DNA of 64,000 bases from Deltaproteobacteria bacterium (GTDB lineage: Bacteria > Myxococcota_A > UBA9160 > SZUA-336), in assembly GCA_004356455.1 (NCBI GenBank), contig SMWZ01000029.1, positions 12,897 through 76,896 of the forward strand, read 5' to 3'. The notes beneath the pieces are model-generated. The model worked only from the letters and a program-made list of their open reading frames with translations. It ran no database searches and was not told the origin of the DNA. How positions within the stretch are numbered: position 1 is the stretch's first letter; each line of letters starts with the position of its first letter. A program made the position numbers and the translations under genes. Below, piece by piece: positions 1 to 8,679 of the stretch.

Positions 1-1
1 G

Positions 2-238
2 CGCGTAACGCGCGAGGCCTACGGCGACCCCACGACCGAGGACGAGCGCTGGCTGGTGGTGGACCTCAAGCCGCTGAGAGCGTTCGAGCGCTCGGTCTTG
101 CTGGCCGAGATCAAATCAGAGCCGGTCCTCAAGAACCTGCCGCTGGTCCGCCAGTCGCGCCTCTCGGTGATGCCGGTCGAGCGGCCGCACTTCGAGCACA
201 TCCTGCGCATGGGAAAGACGCGCCTGCCGAGGCGCTGA
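2..238 (+). CDS. EVE domain protein (5'-truncated by window edge)
   Basis: Frame is open from base 2: RVTREAYGDPTTEDERWLVVDLKP...LAEIKSEP.L.NLPLVRQSRLSVMPV, typical EVE (Thy1-like) C-terminal half. Confidence 0.8.
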   Translation, partial: RVTREAYGDPTTEDERWLVVDLKPLRAFERSVLLAEIKSEPVLKNLPLVRQSRLSVMPVERPHFEHILRMGKTRLPRR

Positions 239-242
239 GCGC

Positions 243-905
243 TCAACGCGGGTTGAGCGCGCGGTAGAGCGAGAGCGTTCCGAAGAGCGTCATCTCGCGC
301 TGCGTCTCCTCCACCGACTCGAAGCCGGCCTCCTCCAGCAGTGGAATCAGCCGACCTTCGACGTTGTCGCTGGTGCTCTCGAAGCCGTCGAGCAGCTGCA
401 CGCTCAGGAATGCGAGACGCATGAGGGTGTTCTGCGCCTGGCCCCAGTCAGCAATGTGGAGCTCGCCGTCGGGTTTCAAGAGCTCCCGCAGCTTCGAGAA
501 GGTCCTCCGCTTGTCCACGCGACTCAGGTGATGCAGCACGAGACTCGAGACCACGCGATCGAAGGAGTTCGCGTCGAAGGGCGGTGCGAACGCCATGCCC
601 TGAAAGAGCTCGACCCGTACGCCCGCGCTGGCGATCTTCCGGCGCGCGATCTCGATCACCTCCGGGTCCGCATCCAGACCCACGACCTCCGCCTGGGGAC
701 AGGCGCGAGCGAGCATGACGGTGAGCGTGCCCGTCCCGCAGCCTAGGTCCAGCACGCGCTGATCGGGCTCGATCCCCGCTTGCTGCACCAGCAGACCCTT
801 GAACTTCTTCTCCTTCAGCGTTGCGCGCAGAACGGGATCGTAGAGCCGGGTCAGCCAGCGAAAGCCGAGCGCAGGTGTGAAGTCGGAGGACGAACCTTCA
901 CGCAT
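243..905 (-). CDS. Class I SAM-dependent methyltransferase
   Basis: VLDLGCGTG motif I, VGLDAD motif II, FDRVVSSLVLHHL, LKPDG. Confidence 0.9.
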   Translation of the reverse strand: MREGSSSDFTPALGFRWLTRLYDPVLRATLKEKKFKGLLVQQAGIEPDQRVLDLGCGTGTLTVMLARACPQAEVVGLDADPEVIEIARRKIASAGVRVELFQGMAFAPPFDANSFDRVVSSLVLHHLSRVDKRRTFSKLRELLKPDGELHIADWGQAQNTLMRLAFLSVQLLDGFESTSDNVEGRLIPLLEEAGFESVEETQREMTLFGTLSLYRALNPR

Positions 906-977
906 CGGTGGTGGTGATCCTGTTCATGATGTTCTGCTACGGAGCCTAGCCCTTCAGGCTGACTAGCATCGGAACCG

Positions 978-1008
978 ATTGTAACTCTAGACCTTAGGCT
1001 AGAGGCCA
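978..1008 (-). promoter_or_regulatory. MerR-family-type promoter/operator upstream of the methyltransferase
   Basis: Minus strand TGGCCT-N19-TACAAT with dyad CTCTAG-N8-CTAGAG (985-1004) overlapping the -35 and filling the elongated spacer; -35 is only 3/6 to consensus. Confidence 0.55.
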
Positions 1009-1082
1009 GGGTCTGTGGGATACGCCCACGCGATCCGCTATAGTTGCGACGCCTCAGGGTCGACTGGAAACAGGAAGCCGAG

Positions 1083-1436
1083 ATGCGTAATCGAGTACTG
1101 GCGCTGCTGCTGATGATCTTCGTGCCGATCGCTCCCGCGATCTGCGAGGGATCGGCGCCTGAGCCGAAGGCAGCGGTACCACCCTGCCACGCGCATCCGG
1201 CGGCGGCGCCGGATGACCTAGGAGCAGACGACGACGCACAATGCTGCGCAGCGTGCGACGCCTACGTCTCGGGCAAGCTCTCTTCCGAGACGCTGCAGCA
1301 GGTTGCCCTGCTGGTGGCGCCAAGCCAGCTGCAGCTGCGTCTCCCGGCCTGGACCAGCCGTGCGAGCCATACACACCTATCCCCTCTGGACTCCAGCTCA
1401 GCCTACCTGAGACAGAGCTCACCACTCCAGATCTAG
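1083..1436 (+). CDS. Small exported Cys/His-rich protein, putative metal-binding
   Basis: ATG at 1083, signal-like MRNRVLALLLMIF, motifs PPCHAH and QCCAAC, directly upstream of a TolC/CusB/CusA cluster. Confidence 0.6.
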   Translation: MRNRVLALLLMIFVPIAPAICEGSAPEPKAAVPPCHAHPAAAPDDLGADDDAQCCAACDAYVSGKLSSETLQQVALLVAPSQLQLRLPAWTSRASHTHLSPLDSSSAYLRQSSPLQI

Positions 1437-1511
1437 AAAGCGGGAGATCCGCTGAACCCGTGCGCCCGCTTGCGGGCGCCGTGATCCCCTTTGCCTGATT
1501 CGGAGTGACAT

Positions 1512-2834
1512 ATGCAAGAAATTTTAGCCTGGAGTGCGCTGGGCGTACTCCAAATCGCCGTGACGCTCAGCGGCTCGCATGCGGCGCGGGCCGTCGAAAC
1601 GGAGCCCGGCCCGGACGCTCCGCTGGCCGCCTATTTCGAGCTCGCGCAGAGGCAAAGCCCGGCCGTCGAGGCCGCACGCCTGCGCTGGGAAGTCGCCCTC
1701 GAGCGCGTGCCACAGGCCGCTGGCTGGCCCGATCCGACGCTGCGCTACGGCTACTTCACGGACGAGGTGGAGACGGCCCTCGGTCCGCAGGAACATCGCA
1801 TCGGTCTGGCGCAGCGTTTCCCCTTCTTCGGGAAGCTCGGGCTGCGGGTCGACAGCGCGGAGCAGGCCGCCCTCAGCGCCTGGCACCGCTACCGCGAGAA
1901 ACGCCTCGCGGTCTTCGAGCACGTGGCCCACGCGTATTACGCCTACGCGTATCTGGCACGCGCGATCGAGGTCACGCATGAGAACCTGACGCTACTCGAG
2001 GGAGTCGAGAACGTCGTCCGTACGCGCTACGCGACGGGTCGCGCGCCCCAGTCCGACCTGCTGCGGGTGCAGGTGGAGGTCGGGACGCTCGAGGATCGCC
2101 TGCGCTCTTTCGAGGAGATGCGAGAGCCCTGGGCCAAGCGCCTGAATGCAGCCCTGGGGCGTGACGTCGACGTCCCCCTGCCCTGGCCCGTGCCCCTGCT
2201 CGATCCGCCGGACGCGCTACCGGATAACGCAACGGTTCTCGAGCACGTGCGAAGCAACAGCCCGGAGCTGCTGGCCCTGCGATTCGAGACTCGAGAGGCG
2301 GACCGCTCCCTGGCCCTGACCCGACGCGACCAGTTTCCGGATATCACCCTGGGGATCGAGAACATTCGAACGTCTCGCTCGGATCTCACGAATTTCAGTG
2401 ATTCTGGCCGCGATGCCTGGATTCTGAGTGTGTCGGTGCCGATCCCCGTTCAGCGGTCCAAGTACCGTGCAGCCATCCGTGAGGCCGACGCGCGGCACCG
2501 CGGCACGCTGGTGACGCAGAGGGATCGCGAGCTGCGGCTCTTAGCGGAGACGGAAGTGCTGCTGTTCGAGCAGCGCGATGCCGAGCGTCGCATCGAGCTC
2601 TATCGCAAGAGCCTTATCCCGCTGGGCCAGCAAGCCTTCAATGCCGCAAACACCAGCTTCGCGACGGGCGCCACGAGCTTCGTCGATACGCTCGATGCCG
2701 AGCGGGTCCTGCTGCAGTTTCAGCTCGAGCTGGCACGGGCGCGTGCGGACCGCGGCCGCGTGACCACCGCGATCCTGGCGCGAATGGGTATGACACCGGA
2801 GGGCGTCGAAGAGCCCGCGGCGGTGGCGCGATGA
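1512..2834 (+). CDS. TolC-family outer membrane efflux protein (CusC-like)
   Basis: PDP.L, QRFPFFGKLGLR, Y..G..P.SD.L, two OEP-like repeats; ATGA overlap with next gene. Confidence 0.9.
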   Translation: MQEILAWSALGVLQIAVTLSGSHAARAVETEPGPDAPLAAYFELAQRQSPAVEAARLRWEVALERVPQAAGWPDPTLRYGYFTDEVETALGPQEHRIGLAQRFPFFGKLGLRVDSAEQAALSAWHRYREKRLAVFEHVAHAYYAYAYLARAIEVTHENLTLLEGVENVVRTRYATGRAPQSDLLRVQVEVGTLEDRLRSFEEMREPWAKRLNAALGRDVDVPLPWPVPLLDPPDALPDNATVLEHVRSNSPELLALRFETREADRSLALTRRDQFPDITLGIENIRTSRSDLTNFSDSGRDAWILSVSVPIPVQRSKYRAAIREADARHRGTLVTQRDRELRLLAETEVLLFEQRDAERRIELYRKSLIPLGQQAFNAANTSFATGATSFVDTLDAERVLLQFQLELARARADRGRVTTAILARMGMTPEGVEEPAAVAR

Positions 2835-4159
2835 CCCGCTCACGCGCGCTTGTGGCGGCTCTGGTGCTCGTGCTCGTTGGCTATGCCGTGGGACACGGTT
2901 GCGGAACAGATCGCACCGGGGAGCTGCGCCTTTCAGAGCAGCCTGCGGCGGAGGGCCGGTGGACCTGCTCGATGCATCCACACATCCATGCCGACGAGCC
3001 CGGTCGCTGTCCGCTCTGTGGCATGGAGCTCGTCCCCGTGGAGATGCGGGCGGAGAACTCGGTCGCCGGGCTCGAGATGTCGTACGAGGCCATGAAGCGG
3101 GCCGAGATCCAGACCGTGCTGGTCGAGCGGCGCCCGGTGCACTTCGAGCTGCGCCTGGTCGGCAAGATCGAGCTCGATGAAACACGCGTACGTGAGATTA
3201 CGGCCTGGGTTCCGGGACGGCTGGAGCGTCTCTACGTCGACTTCACCGGCGTGAAGGTGCGTCGCGGGGATCCCCTCGTGCTGCTGTACAGCCCCGAGCT
3301 CGTGAGCGCACAGGAGGAGCTCTTGCAGGCTCGCCGCGCTGAACGCGCGCTCGAGGGCAGCCACTCGGAGCGCATGAGAAGAGGCACACAAGCTACACTC
3401 AAGGCAGCGCGCGAAAAGCTGCGACTGCTCGGGCTCTCCCCGGCACAGATCGCTGAGCTCGAAAAGCGAGGCAAGGCCGAGCATCTCAGCGTGATCGAGT
3501 CGCCCCTTGACGGGGTCGTCCTGCGCAAGCACGCGGTCGAGGGAGCGTACGTCGAGACCGGTAGTCCCATCTACACGGTCGCCGACCTCTCGATCGTATG
3601 GGCCAAGCTCGATGCCTACGAGAGCGACCTTCCCTGGATCGAGCTGGGCCAGGCGGTCACGTTCGAGAGTGACGCGTTTCCCGGCCGACGCTTCCAGGGT
3701 GAGGTCTCGTTCATCGACCCCGTGCTGGACCCACGCACGCGAACCGCCAAGGTCCGTGTGGAGGCCCCGAATCCCGATGGGCTGCTCAAGCCGGAGATGT
3801 TCGTGCATGCAAGCGTGCTTGCGAAAGTACGCGCGCAAGGCGCAGAGCCGCCGCTCGTGATCCCCGCGTCGGCGCCGCTGCTCACCGGACGCCGCGCCAT
3901 TGTCTACGTGCGCTCGCCCGTTAGCGAGCGACCCACCTTCGAGGGACGGGAGGTGGTGCTCGGCCCGCGCGCAGGAGACTTCTACGTGGTCGAGTCCGGC
4001 TTGCACGAGGGCGAACGGGTGGTGACACGGGGTGCCTTCAAGATCGATAGCGCGCTCCAGATCCAGGGTCGGCCGAGCATGATGCTGCCCGAGGGGGGCA
4101 CCCCGGGAGGTGGCGGGCAGCCGCATGGAGAGATGTCGCTGCCGGAGCCCAACCACTGA
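2831..4159 (+). CDS. cusB: Efflux RND periplasmic adaptor (CusB-like) with N-terminal heavy-metal-binding domain
   Basis: WTCSMHP...PGRCPLCGMELVP, YSPELVSAQEELL, LKPEMFV, GERVVTRGAFKIDS. Confidence 0.9.
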   Translation: MTRSRALVAALVLVLVGYAVGHGCGTDRTGELRLSEQPAAEGRWTCSMHPHIHADEPGRCPLCGMELVPVEMRAENSVAGLEMSYEAMKRAEIQTVLVERRPVHFELRLVGKIELDETRVREITAWVPGRLERLYVDFTGVKVRRGDPLVLLYSPELVSAQEELLQARRAERALEGSHSERMRRGTQATLKAAREKLRLLGLSPAQIAELEKRGKAEHLSVIESPLDGVVLRKHAVEGAYVETGSPIYTVADLSIVWAKLDAYESDLPWIELGQAVTFESDAFPGRRFQGEVSFIDPVLDPRTRTAKVRVEAPNPDGLLKPEMFVHASVLAKVRAQGAEPPLVIPASAPLLTGRRAIVYVRSPVSERPTFEGREVVLGPRAGDFYVVESGLHEGERVVTRGAFKIDSALQIQGRPSMMLPEGGTPGGGGQPHGEMSLPEPNH

Positions 4160-7100
4160 TGCCGGAGGGGGCGCAGAACCACGGGAGCTCGTGGATCGAT
4201 CGCTTGGTCCTCTTCTTTCTCAAGCGGAGGCTCGTTCCCATTCTGCTGCTCGGGGCGTTTCTCTTGTGGGGGGTGATGGTGGCCCCGTTCGATTGGGAGA
4301 TACCCGGTCTGCCGCGCGATCCGGTCCCCGTCGATGCGATCCCCGACATCGGCGAGAACCAGCAGATTGTCTTCACCGACTGGCCGGGCCGGAGCCCGCA
4401 GGACGTGGAGGACCAGATCACCTACCCCCTCACCGTAGCCCTGCTGGGGCTCCCGGGTGTGAAGAGCGTGCGCAGCTTCTCCATGTTCGGCTTCTCCTCG
4501 ATCTACGTGATCTTCGATGAGAGCGTGGAGTTCTACTGGTCCCGCTCCCGCATTCTCGAGAAGCTCTCGAGCCTGCCCTCGCAAACCCTGCCCGAGGGGG
4601 TGAATCCGGCGCTGGGCCCCGACGCAACCCCGCTGGGCCAGGTGTTCTGGTACACGCTCGAGGGCCGCGACCCGCAGGGCGATCCGACCGGAGGCTGGGA
4701 CCTGGAGGAGCTGCGCAGCATCCAGGACTGGCAGGTTCGTTACGCGCTTCAGAGCGTCGAGGGGGTGAGCGAGGTGGCCTCGGTGGGCGGCTTCGTGCGC
4801 GAGTATCAGATCGATGCGGACCCGGACGCGATGCACGCCTACGGCGTATCCCTGGCGCAGGTCATCCGCGCCGTGCAGCGTTCGAACGCCGACGTGGGCG
4901 CGCGCAGCATCGAGGTCAATCGAGTCGAGTACGCGATTCGGGGCGTGGGCTTCCTGCGCTCGGTGGAGGACATCGAGGAGACGGCGGTCGCGTTGCACAA
5001 CGACGTACCCGTCCGTATTCGGGACATCGCACACGTAGGCATCGGTCCAGCCCTCCGCCGCGGGGCGCTCGACAAGGGCGGCGCGGAGGCGGTGGGAGGT
5101 GTCGTCGTCGTGCGCTATGGCGCCAATCCTCTGGAAGTGATCGGGCGCCTGAAGGAGAAGATCGCGGAGATCTCGCCCGCTCTGCCGGAAAAGGTGCTCG
5201 CGGATGGGACGCGCTCCCGCGTCAGGATCATCCCGTTCTACGACCGGACGGGCCTCATTCACGAGACGCTGGGCACACTGGAGGAAGCGCTCCGACTCGA
5301 AATCCTGGTGGCCGTACTGGTGGTCCTGGTCTTGGTTCGAAACGTGCGCAGCTCAGGCCTGATCGCGGCGACACTCCCCCTCGCGGTGCTCATGGCCTTC
5401 ATCGGCATGAAGCTCTTCTCGGTCGACGCCAACATCATGGCTCTTTCGGGCATCGCCATTGCGATCGGAACCATGGTCGACATGGGCGTGATCGTGTGCG
5501 AGAACATCGTACGCCACTTACGCGAGTCGGAATCGAGCGAGGATCGGCTCGGCGTGATCTACCGTGCCACCTGCGAGGTGGGGGGCGCGGTAGTCACCGC
5601 CGTCGCCACCACCGTCGTGAGCTTCCTGCCTGTCTTCACGCTGCAGGCTGCGGAGGGCAAACTCTTCCGGCCGCTCGCCTTCACCAAGACCTTCGCCCTG
5701 CTGGCGGCCGTCGTAATCGCGCTCGCGCTGATCCCGACCGCGGCGCACCTGGTTTTTGGCCGCTGGAAGCCTTCTCGATCCCCACGCAGCTGGGGCGAGC
5801 TTCCGTTCCTCGCGCGTTGGCTGCCCGCTCGTCTGCGGCACATCGACGCGCCGATCGCAACGGTACTCGCGGTTCTGGCAGTGGGCGCGCTGCTGGTGTT
5901 CGAGTGGTCGCCCCTCGGTGCCGGGACCGGTGTGCTGCGCAATGTCCTCTTCGTATTGCTCCTGGTTGGCGGACTGCTCTGGGGAGTCCTCGTCTTTCAG
6001 CGCACCTACCCCCGACTCCTGCGCTGGTCTCTGGACCACAAGGGCGCCTTCCTCAGCATCCCGACAGGGATCTTATTTGTCGGGCTGCTCATCTGGTTGG
6101 GGTTCCCACGCGTCTTCGGCTGGCTCCCCGACGTCTTGGAGAAGAGCGCCCCGGGGCGCGCCATCGCCCGCAGCTTCCCCGGCCTCGGTCGCGAGTTCAT
6201 GCCACCTCTCGACGAGGGCAGCTTCCTCTACATGCCCAGCACGATGGCTCACGCTTCGATCGGAGAGGCACTCGACGTGCTCTCGAAGCTTGATATGGCG
6301 ATCGAGTCGATTCCCGAGATCGATATGGTCGTCGGCAAGCTGGGCCGTGTGGAGAGTGCTCTCGACCCCGCGCCCATCTCCATGATGGAGATCGTGGTGC
6401 AGTACAAGCCGGAGTACGGAACCAACGACTCTGGCAAGCGCGTTCGACAGTGGCGCTCGCACATTCGAAATTCGGACGACATCTGGAACGAGATTCTGAG
6501 CGCTGCCCGCCTGCTAGGCACCACCTCGGCTCCCAAGCTTCAGCCCATCGCGACGCGCCTGGTGATGCTGCAGACGGGGATGCGTGCTCCCATGGGACTC
6601 AAGCTCAAGGGGCCCGACCTCAGCTCGCTGGAGCGCGCGGGGGTCGAGGTGGAGCGTGTGCTAAAGTCGATACCGTCGATCAAGGCCTCCACGGTGATCG
6701 CCGATCGCACCGTGGGCAAACCCTACATCGAGCTCCGCATCGATCGCAAGGCGATCGGTCGCTACGGCCTTCACGTGCGCGACGTCCAGGACGTGATCGA
6801 GGTCGCGATCGGAGGCCGACCTCTGACGACCACGGTCGAGGGCCGCGAGCGCTATCCGGTACGCGTTCGCTATCCGCGCGAGCTGCGAGACCGGCTCGAA
6901 AGCCTGGGCGAGATCCTCGTCCCTACCCCGAGCGGCCCACAGGTGCCGCTCACGCAGCTTGTCGATATCGAGTACGTGCGGGGGCCTCAGGTGATCAAGA
7001 GCGAGGATACAGTTCTCGTGAGCTATGTGACCTTCGACATGCAGCCCGGCCAGGCCGAGGTCAACGTCGTGGAAGACGCACGCCGGGCACTCGAGAGTCA

Positions 7101-7764
7101 ACTCGCCTCCGGAGAGCTCAACCTCCCACAGGGGGTAAGCTATTCGTTCGCGGGCACATACGAGAATCAGATCCGCAGCGTCGAGCGGCTGCGCGTGGTC
7201 TTGCCCATCGCGCTGCTCATCATCGTTCTGATCCTCTATTTCCAGTTCAACTCTCTACCCGTAACTCTCATGGTCTTCTCGGGCATTCTAGTCGCGTGGG
7301 CCGGCGGCTTTATCCTGCTCTGGCTCTATGCCGCTCCCTGGTTCCTGGACGTCGGCTTCTTCGGCGCCAACCTGCGCGACGTCTTCCAGATGCATCCGAT
7401 CAACTTGAGCGTCGCCGTCTGGGTGGGCTTCATTGCGTTGTTCGGGATCGCGAGTGACAACGGCGTTCTCATCGCCACCTACCTGGAGCAGACTTTCAAC
7501 GAACAGCGACCGGACGATGTCGCACAGATCCGTCGCAGTGTGGTCATCGCGGGCGAGCGTCGGATCCGCCCGGCGCTGATCACCACCGCGACAACCGTGC
7601 TCGCCTTGCTCCCCGTGTTGACCTCCTCCGGGCGCGGGGCGGACATCATGATTCCGATGGCGGTCCCCATCTTTGGCGGGATGCTCTTCGCTCTGGTCAC
7701 GCTCTCGGTCGTGCCGGTGCTCTACTGCGGCCTGCGCGAGTTCGAGCTGCGGCAGCGAGGCTAG
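4159..7764 (+). CDS. cusA: CusA/CzcA-family heavy-metal efflux RND permease
   Basis: VDAIPDIGENQQIV, WPGRSPQDVEDQITYPL, GPDATPLGQV, AIAIGTMVD, EFMPPLDEG, PMAVPIFGGM. Confidence 0.95.
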   Translation: MPEGAQNHGSSWIDRLVLFFLKRRLVPILLLGAFLLWGVMVAPFDWEIPGLPRDPVPVDAIPDIGENQQIVFTDWPGRSPQDVEDQITYPLTVALLGLPGVKSVRSFSMFGFSSIYVIFDESVEFYWSRSRILEKLSSLPSQTLPEGVNPALGPDATPLGQVFWYTLEGRDPQGDPTGGWDLEELRSIQDWQVRYALQSVEGVSEVASVGGFVREYQIDADPDAMHAYGVSLAQVIRAVQRSNADVGARSIEVNRVEYAIRGVGFLRSVEDIEETAVALHNDVPVRIRDIAHVGIGPALRRGALDKGGAEAVGGVVVVRYGANPLEVIGRLKEKIAEISPALPEKVLADGTRSRVRIIPFYDRTGLIHETLGTLEEALRLEILVAVLVVLVLVRNVRSSGLIAATLPLAVLMAFIGMKLFSVDANIMALSGIAIAIGTMVDMGVIVCENIVRHLRESESSEDRLGVIYRATCEVGGAVVTAVATTVVSFLPVFTLQAAEGKLFRPLAFTKTFALLAAVVIALALIPTAAHLVFGRWKPSRSPRSWGELPFLARWLPARLRHIDAPIATVLAVLAVGALLVFEWSPLGAGTGVLRNVLFVLLLVGGLLWGVLVFQRTYPRLLRWSLDHKGAFLSIPTGILFVGLLIWLGFPRVFGWLPDVLEKSAPGRAIARSFPGLGREFMPPLDEGSFLYMPSTMAHASIGEALDVLSKLDMAIESIPEIDMVVGKLGRVESALDPAPISMMEIVVQYKPEYGTNDSGKRVRQWRSHIRNSDDIWNEILSAARLLGTTSAPKLQPIATRLVMLQTGMRAPMGLKLKGPDLSSLERAGVEVERVLKSIPSIKASTVIADRTVGKPYIELRIDRKAIGRYGLHVRDVQDVIEVAIGGRPLTTTVEGRERYPVRVRYPRELRDRLESLGEILVPTPSGPQVPLTQLVDIEYVRGPQVIKSEDTVLVSYVTFDMQPGQAEVNVVEDARRALESQLASGELNLPQGVSYSFAGTYENQIRSVERLRVVLPIALLIIVLILYFQFNSLPVTLMVFSGILVAWAGGFILLWLYAAPWFLDVGFFGANLRDVFQMHPINLSVAVWVGFIALFGIASDNGVLIATYLEQTFNEQRPDDVAQIRRSVVIAGERRIRPALITTATTVLALLPVLTSSGRGADIMIPMAVPIFGGMLFALVTLSVVPVLYCGLREFELRQRG

Positions 7765-7776
7765 TGTCCTGTCCGG
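7761..7776 (+). repeat. Short end remnant of the CTAG-GTCCTGTTCCGG element family
   Basis: CTAGTGTCCTGT-CCGG starting at the cusA TAG stop; matches the element terminus at 53741 apart from a 1-nt gap. Confidence 0.4.
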
Positions 7777-7822
7777 TGGGGCCCGCTTGAGCCCGCCCCA
7801 CGGCTCCGTGTAGGCTACGACC

Positions 7823-8650
7823 GTGAAGTTCGGGATCCACCTGCCCCAATTCGGTCGTATTGCCGGCCCCGAAGCGATCCAGCGTGCCGCGGTCCGGGCC
7901 GAGGAGCTTGGATTCGACGACGTCTGGGCGAGCGACCACCTCGCCGCGCCGGCGCAGGGCGCTTATGTGCCGTCGCATTTCTACGAGCCGATCATCACGC
8001 TCACCTGGGCGGCCGCGATCACCCAGCGGGTGGGAATCGGAACCTCGGTGCTCGTGCTTCCCTACCGCCATCCACTGCACCTGGCCAAGGAGCTCGCCAC
8101 GCTCGACCGCCTCAGCGGGGGGAGGCTCATCGCGGGTGCGGCTGCCGGCTGGCTGGAGGCCGAGTTCGAGGCGCTGGGCGTGCCTTTCTCCGAGCGCGGC
8201 TCCCGCACCGATGAGGCCCTCGACGTGCTTCGCGCCTGCTGGGAGCAGGACCCCGTCAACTTCGAGGGACCTCGGGTGCGGCTGAACAACCTGCGTGTCC
8301 GGCCCCAGCCGGGCCGCCGCATCCCCATCTGGATTGGCGGCGCGTCGGACGCAGCCTTACGCCGCGCTGTGCGCGCAGGCGACGGCTGGCATGGCACCTT
8401 CATGAGCCCCGAGGAGACTCAGCCCATTCTGAGTCGCCTGCGGGCCGAGCGTCCGGAGGAGGACTTCATCCTCTCCATGCGCGTGGCGTGGGACGGACTT
8501 TCCGACGAGAAGGACGATCTGCGCCGGCGTCTGGAACTCTTCCAGAAAATGGGGCTGCAGCATCTCCTGGCCTCTCCCAGCCAGCCCGAGCTCGATCACT
8601 GGCTTGCGTCGATGGAGGTGCTCGCCAAACTATTCTCCGAGTTCCGCTAA
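7823..8650 (+). CDS. LLM-class (probably F420-dependent) oxidoreductase
   Basis: AEELGFDDVWASDH, LAKELATLDRLSGGRL, PIWIGG..AALRRAVR.GDGW. Confidence 0.88.
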   Translation: MKFGIHLPQFGRIAGPEAIQRAAVRAEELGFDDVWASDHLAAPAQGAYVPSHFYEPIITLTWAAAITQRVGIGTSVLVLPYRHPLHLAKELATLDRLSGGRLIAGAAAGWLEAEFEALGVPFSERGSRTDEALDVLRACWEQDPVNFEGPRVRLNNLRVRPQPGRRIPIWIGGASDAALRRAVRAGDGWHGTFMSPEETQPILSRLRAERPEEDFILSMRVAWDGLSDEKDDLRRRLELFQKMGLQHLLASPSQPELDHWLASMEVLAKLFSEFR

Positions 8651-8679
8651 CGCGGACTCACAACGGAGGGAGTCAAAGC

